A stretch of 64,000 nt of DNA from the human T2T-CHM13v2.0 reference genome, Homo sapiens. Made by a program: the position numbers and the translations under genes. This document shows, piece after piece, positions 56,823 to 64,000 of this stretch. Location: NCBI RefSeq assembly GCF_009914755.1, contig NC_060925.1, one strand, 5' to 3'. The notes beneath the pieces are model-generated. The model was not told where the DNA came from. It was given only the letters and a program-made list of their open reading frames with translations, and ran no database searches. Every line of letters begins with the position of its first letter. Position 1 is the stretch's first letter.

Positions 56823-59732
56823 TTCCCCTCCTCATCCTTCCATTCTCTTATCACATCATGAAATCCAAATATAGGAGCAAGTACATATTGATGCACAATG
56901 TATACAGATAGATGTGTGCAGGCTGGCCCAAGACCTAGTTGTTTTATACAGACACACCCCCCTTGCCTATGCCCGTGTGCCTGGTAACCAGGCTGGTGTG
57001 TTGGTGCCAGTGTGGGAGGAGGTGTGTTTTAGAGGGAGCTCCTGCATGCCTGCCCATTGTCCACAGTCCAGACATCTCTCCTGAGACCCAGAGCAGTGAT
57101 GATGTGCAGTAGAGCTGTCATCTGTCTTGTTCTTTCTTTGTGCCCTTTGAAACATGGCGGTGGTGGCTTTGGCGCTGGTGGCAGGGGAAGCCTTAACAGC
57201 CCCGGAGCTGAAGCCTCTCTGTTGGTCCTCAGACCAGGTACAGTGCAGGGGCCCCCAGGAACCCCCTCGTTCTGGGGTCCACACTTATGTGATGTATTGA
57301 GAGTTATGATCCATCACTTGCTTTTAGTCATGTTACTTCTTGAACTCTCTCTTCATTTTCTCTGAAACATAGATGATACTTGCTCACCCTTCTCCATCCA
57401 TTTTCTCTTTTGCCTTCAACTTCCCAAGCTTGCCATGCCCATTCCCTCTCCCCTTTCTCCGCTCATGGAGCAGGTTCCCACTCCCCCTCCTTTGGCCTTC
57501 GTCACATTTGCTGAGGGAGGTCCAGGTAATGCTTTCTCTCACTCATGCACCCATGCTTTCTAACTCTGCCCTGTTCCTTTCCTCATTAATCGTACCAGAG
57601 AATTCAGCTCTCCCATCACTTTGATGGGGTTAGCCAGAGTCCCACCTGCCAGCAGAGAGAGGGCCTGGCCTGGGGCAGAGAGTGAAAGAAGTCACTGAGC
57701 CTATATTCCTCATGGTCAGGGGCTCAGGCCAGCAGAAAGCCAAATGTGGGGTTGTCTGCAGGCTTGTCAAGTATCTCTCTCCTTGTGTTTACAACTTTCG
57801 TTATCATATCCCATATATTTGCCCCATAATGTCCACCATTCAAATAACCTTATTCCTGTCCCAGTCTCTTTCTGCCCTTCTTGAAATTGAACCATGACTT
57901 AGTGAGGAGGCTTCTGTGAAGCCTATTGCTTAATAAACTTGAGCTATGGTGGTTGCCATGGTAGCATCTTTCTGTGGCTCCTCAGAAACCAGGGCTGACA
58001 TGGCATTCCTTCCACCACCCAGCCAGAGCCTTCTCAGACCCTGGCCCAACTCCCAGGAGCAAAGCCCCTCACCGAGTGGGGGGAGTGACCTCTAGCTGAA
58101 TTCTCAAACAAAGCTGTGGTGTCCCCTGAGCCCTCCTGCCGAGGCGTGTGCCTGCCACCATGTATGTTTTCTACAAGCATATATGTTGTTTATGCAGTGG
58201 CTGAAGAGAAGACTGTTCTCCACAGCTGCATACATCAAGTTAAGGGAACGTTTATAATGTAAAGCTGGAAAATTCCATTAGGGAACTTTATTGACTTTTG
58301 AGGAGGAAGGGAAGGGGATTTTTTCATTGATTTATTTTTCTTCTTGGATTTATTTTAAGTGTGGGCAGAGCAGTGGATAAAAAAAATAAATGGAAAGATA
58401 CCCACATTGCAACTTTTCTGTTCTTTCCAATTCACTTTTACGTTATAAGGCATTTATAAGAACACTCAGGTCTCCTTCCTTAAGCCCACCGTCCCTGCAG
58501 GGAGGTGGGCAGAGTTTTGGCAAAGGTTGGGTTCAGGGCTTCGTTATTCCGCTGCCCTGACAACACCCGCTTTCTGGGCCACATGGAGACAGAGTGTTTG
58601 CTGACTATAAATGTCCAGAGCTGTGCCTTCTGTACTCTGAGGTCTCAAGAAAAGTCTGGTGAGTGGCTGGATCTATGAAACCTTCCTCTTTTATCTTTTT
58701 CTTTCCAATGAAGAGGGATTCTTTTGTGTGATTTCATGTGAAAGGACCAGAAACCGCTTTGTCTAGTTTCCACACACCCTGTTGCCATCGCTGCTGCTTC
58801 CCAGACTCCTGCATGGAAGGCAAAGATGGTTACAGCCTTGGCATTTCTGGGGATCTGCACATGAGGCACATTCCCCTGCTTTGGGGGACCCTGCTCCCCA
58901 ACCAAAGTCAGCTGCCTTGTAGGGAGGTCACGTAACCACTACACAGATTACATTCATGAACCTCACAGAACCCTCATGTTTCATGTGTTTCATGTCTAGT
59001 GAAGTGACTTGGGCAAACAGGTGGGCAGGGACAGCATCTCTGGAGAAATGTAGGAGAGGACCAGGACACCTGTGCGTGTGTGTCTTTCTGTGTGTGACAC
59101 CTGCACTCCAACCCAGGACTCTCACCCTCTCCATTTCCACTGCTCTACAGCACGTTACTTGACTAGCTCGATTCACATGAGCAGGTGAGCGCTCCTGGAT
59201 TGGATTCTAAGTAGTCATCTCACAGCTTATAATTGATCGTCAGCACAGATGGTTTAATAGAAAAATAACTAGCAATTCTGCTCCCATCTCCTCCCCCACC
59301 TCGGAATTTACCATGGCCCGTGCATCAGTCAGTTACACAGGCTCTCTGGCGGCTGACGCCAAAGCTTCCCATTGCCATTTGCTGTTGTAGCAGGGCATGG
59401 GGTGAGGTCAGGACTCCCTGGCACTCAGGAGATTTGGCTCACAGCCGCACTTGGCCTTTCATTATTCAGTCCTTAGCCAGAAACGAAAAACATGAGTCAA
59501 TCTGCCTCTTGATGCCAGAAGGAACTGGAGTTCCCACATTAGCTTTTATTACATTCTTTTCATTGAAGTATGTCACTTTCCTGACACTTGACACTCTGCC
59601 CTAGTCACTGAGATGGATAAGGTCCATTGAATGCATTCAGCAGTAGCTGTAGCAGCAGAGTTATATACACAGGCATGGACAATTTTAGATTTGGAAGGAT
59701 CCTAAGGAGCCACATAATATGTTCCTCTGGGA

Positions 59733-59815
59733 GCTGGGCGTGGTGGCTCATGCCTGTAACCCCAACGAGTCGGGAGGCTGAGGTGGGAGGATTGTTTAAG
59801 GCTGGGAGTTTGAGA
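59733..59815 (+). mobile_element. Alu left-arm / FLAM fragment
   Basis: gctgggcgtggtggctcatgcctgtaa...ggaggctgaggtgggaggatt...ggagtttgaga. Confidence 0.8.
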
Positions 59816-62229
59816 ATATGGTCCTCTGGTTCCGGATTTGCTTGTGGGATTTTGTGTTTTAGAAGGTGAGAATGTGCACATGTAAGAAAGAGGTGGCTAT
59901 TCAGCACCAAAATGCTCGTACACACTCACGCTCAGCACAGCATAGAAACAACAGACAAACATTTCACCCTAAACCTGGCTGTTTCTTTCTCCTATTCTTC
60001 ACTACCTGCCTGTGTCTGAGGCAGTCCCCTCAAACCTCCAGCGTTGCCTATGGGTCTTCTTTCTTGACAGAACTTCCCTCTTTTCAAACTGAAAGGGGAG
60101 TCTTCCAAAGGAAGCAGTGACTGCACATTAATCTTGGAGGCAAAAAAAGTGGACGAAGTCCTGCTTCATGCAAAGAAGACCCATTTACCACTGAGCCAGA
60201 CAGGCCATCCAGTGCCCCTGTTCTGTGGAAGAGAACGAAGGATTAAAATTAAATTTAGCCGTCAAGTAGCCCATTAACTGTGGATTTAGGAGGCCAGCTG
60301 AAAAGGAATTGGAAATTTCCAACTGTAAGCAGATAGGAGGATTTTGTTTCCTGACACTCCAGTTTAAAAGTCACCTCAAGAATGACTACATCTGATTTTT
60401 GTGCCCAGACAAGGACACTAAGGATGATCAATGCCCATGGACTTCTGAGGTGCCTACTACTATATCATAGCTGCCTTGAAAATGGAGTTTGGGAGGGAGT
60501 AAGGAGGGACAGAGTGGCAGCCACATGGAGGGAGTGAGTGTCTGAAAGGAGATAAGTCCTCAGTCTACCTACTCTTGGCATTAAGTCTCAGCATGCATAT
60601 TTTTTAGTGAACGCTGGAAAATGTGTTGTCTGCTGCATGTGACATTGGTACTGCTGAGGAACTGCCTGTAGAATATTCACTTTGAGACCTTTATCTTATG
60701 GAGGCAATGGGTGTGAACACCCAAGTATTTTTTTTTTTTTTAATTAACAGCATGAAATTGGGAGATGGTTGGTTGTAAATGGGATCTCAGCCCGTGGCCA
60801 CAGACCCAAGCAAAATGAAATGATCCAATCAGGGAACACTGCCCCATCCACACGGTAACCAACAACCAACTAGACCCAGATATAAAATGCACCCTGTGAG
60901 CCTTCACAACCATGGGAAGAGCCCAGTACTGCTGGATTAGTGGAAACTCCTCATAGTGCCCTCCAGATTTAAAAGTAGATTTTAGAGTAACTTGAGTCGG
61001 AAGACTTCATAATGGGACTTGGGGACCATCAACACAGATCATGCCAGCCACCTTCCTAATCCACATGCACAGGGGCACAGCCTAGCATTTCAAATTAGTC
61101 TTCAGTGGGACAAGTGTATTGGGTGGACTTCCACCAGCTCCAAGGCCTTCTTAGAAAGATCAGCAGATGAGGTGTCTTTGGGTATGTTTAGAATAAGACA
61201 AAAGAGACAACTAAATCCACTGTTCACCAGATTGAATAATAAAACTGCTAGGAGACAGTTAGATGCTCTGCTCTCTCCTGCTGCTTCTCAGTGTTTGGAC
61301 AAAAACACCTGCCAGTTGGAGTATGGTGCTGTGTATAGCAAAGGAGAAAGCTTGCAAAAGGCTCTCGGGAGTGTGTGTGAGGAGCTCGTTGAGGTCCATG
61401 TGCAAGAGGGAAAGGATTATGCACCACTTAGCATAGAGCTAGTGCTCTGGTCACATGACAAAGAAAGATGGCAGAATAACAATGGATTGAGGGTTCGAGG
61501 GTGACCCCAAGAAATGCTGAGGCATGGACCACGAGGAAAAATAAACCCCAAATGGTAGCCGCTAAGCAGTGACAACGTCAAAGTGGTAAATTTAAAATTT
61601 TCACAGAAGCAGATGAACATATCCTTATCTGCAGATCCTAGAGAGACAGGCACTGCCAGTGCAAAAGGGGAAACTTCCCCATGGGGTCTTTAGAATTTTT
61701 AAAGTGCTTTCACACTCTTTATTTTATTTATCACCGAACAGTCCTGTTTTACAGTTGAGAAGTGGATTGCCTGAGGTTTGACTAGTCTGACTCATTTGAC
61801 TAGTAAATAGCAAAGCCAGTTCTTGAGCAACCTTGGTGTTCTGATTTGAAGTTCAGTGTTGTCTCCATTATGTTAAGCGCCCTTCTACACATCATGTTCT
61901 AGTTAGCTCCAAGCAATTAACCCCTGTAAGCTAAGAGCAGTGGCTTGGTATAGATCTCTCCTCAACCTACAGATCCTTCTGTCTCTACCTGGTGACAGAC
62001 AAGACCTATGGGTAGATGGAGAAGGTCATCCCTGAACTTGTCCATCTTGTTGTTTCATCTGTAACTTTTTTTTTCCTAGGAACCCTCATAGACCCTAAAC
62101 TGATTACAGGGAGGGGAGTGTGATAGCTTAGTATTTGAGATCAGGAAGTACTTGGTCCTTTTACTGTTTCCTTCTTTGGTTAAAACGCTCCAGTGGTTCC
62201 CATTTGAAAGGCACTCTAACATCACAAAT

Positions 62230-62440
62230 AAGAGCATAGATTTCAGAGTCAGGCACATTTAGGCCTGAATCCCAGCACTATTATTAACCGCCTTAACTTT
62301 GAACCTCTGCTTCTTCATCTGTAAATGGGGATTCAAAATAATATTTTGGTCCTATAAGCATTAAATAAGGTAAAATGTATTTAATGTCTGCTATAGTGCC
62401 AAGGACTTAGTAATTGTATAATAAATGATAGTTATTATTT
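62230..62440 (+). mobile_element. MIR
   Basis: agagtcaggc...tgaatcccagcact...cttcatctgtaaatgggga...aaatgatagttatt. Confidence 0.7.
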
Positions 62441-64000
62441 CCTACCAAATAATAGTCCAGACACATTAGTGAGACACTCGAGGCTCCTCACAGCATGACC
62501 CCTCCATCTACCTTTCACTCCTGCGAGCCTGGCCATTCCCTGAGGCAAGAGATTCCTTCAGATCCCTGAGCTATTCCCCGCTCATGGGGTAGGGCAGAAG
62601 GCCATGGCACTTAAAGGACAGAAGGGTTCTTTAGAACCTGATGTCCCTGCTCTGCCCTCATGGGAGGAGAATCAGTTCCTGGCAGAAATCAACTTGAGAG
62701 CATGTCCTTTGAGAAGAGGGGGCTGGGAGGTGAAGAGCGGGATTACATTGAATGATGAGTAATTACACATGAAAGATCTGGAGGGCAGCTTGACAATTGA
62801 GCTGGAAAATTCTCGTCTTTTACTGATGAAACAAGAAAAATCTGTCTTTTTTTTTTTTTTTTTTTACTGGAGAGCAGCCAGGAACTTACCAAATAAATAG
62901 AAAATAAATGGTAAAATGTGTGGCCCAATTGAGTCCCAATTAAAGTGAGACCAGTGCATCCTAGTGTGTGGAATTGTCCTTAGATTTTAACATTAGAGTC
63001 AATTTTTGAACCTGATAGAAATTTTATTAATGAGGCAGTGTAAAAATATCTGATTATAATTTAGTATCAGAGACTAGCAAAGTGTTATCAAACAGTTACA
63101 TTTAAATGATTTGTAAAATGCACGTGAATTATTTCCTAAACAATGTGCCTCAATTAAGGTACTTGAAGAGCTCATCCTTTTAGTTTGGTGAAATGTCTTC
63201 CTTGCAATCTTGTTGGCTTTGATAATGGCTTAAATCACTCTTGTATGTATGGATTTGGGAGCAGTACTTTGGCCTAGTCCATGTGTAAATTATATTTTAA
63301 CTAATGGGGACTAAAGTGTTGAGGCGTTTCTTGACTCCAGGGCTTTGTTATTCAGTACTCTTTTCATTTCAAATGGCAATTTTAAAATCAGTTAAATCTT
63401 GCCCCTGTTAACAAAACTGAGGATGAAAGCATATTTTTCTGCAGCTATTCCAATTCATAGCTTTTCAATGGCTCCTCTGCAGTAAGAGACCTGATGAAAG
63501 ATGCGTAGAGCAATGACTAATTTTATTTTTTTTTATTTTACTTTTGGCCTGTGTCTGATTGCTATCCTTGGCTCAGACCTGTGGGAGTTAGGATGTGACA
63601 AATAGCCCCCCCAGTGGTTTGGCAGCCACGTTCAGCTGTTAAGATTAGAGTGTACCATTAAGGAACCCTGTTTTCCAAAACAAGAGACAATGGTGAGTTT
63701 GCATTATAACATGCCTTATATGGTATATGTGGTAATACAATGAATTATACCATGATGCTTTACTAGGATTCTGGGGGGAAATTAATTCAAGAGAGCAAAT
63801 TATATCCTTTATCCAGGTGTGTGGGAGGAGCAGGAAATATTGGGCCCTCCCGCAGAAGATGCATGTCTATGAGCATGACCTCTGAGAACCTTTTCAGATG
63901 CTACAGGATAGAAAGGTCTCCGAGATAAGGACTTGAGCTAAGCAGAAGGCAGAAGCTTGGGGTGTGTGATCCTAGATCACCTGCCCATATATTGATCTCC

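Overview
Human-like (primate) genomic DNA lying entirely inside one plus-strand gene, CACNA1E (Cav2.3, R-type voltage-gated calcium channel alpha-1E, recalled at 1q25.3). The first ~26 kb is the 3' part of a large intron packed with L1, Alu, MaLR, L2 and MIR copies. From 26361 to 54650 I can splice 18 consecutive coding exons by hand into one uninterrupted reading frame, all with AG/GT borders. They are numbered 8-25 from recalled gene structure and cover the I-II linker with the AID, all of domain II, the II-III linker and domain III S1-S3. The last ~9.3 kb is intronic; I did not find the recalled 12-nt 'NALG' exon, so it probably lies beyond the window. Points of note: a U12 (minor spliceosome) GT-AG intron splitting IIS6; cassette exon 19, which looks like an old duplicate of the start of exon 20 (W-helix); two structured intronic minisatellites (a 19-bp/116-bp higher-order TG-rich array with about 30 E-boxes, and a 75-bp C-rich array); a candidate in-frame alternative donor just after the AID; and a candidate frame-preserving 30-nt exon in the IIIS3-S4 linker. 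I see no evidence for a separate novel gene or system. The best leads are splicing and regulatory hypotheses about CACNA1E. Repeat subfamily calls and boundaries are by eye and approximate.
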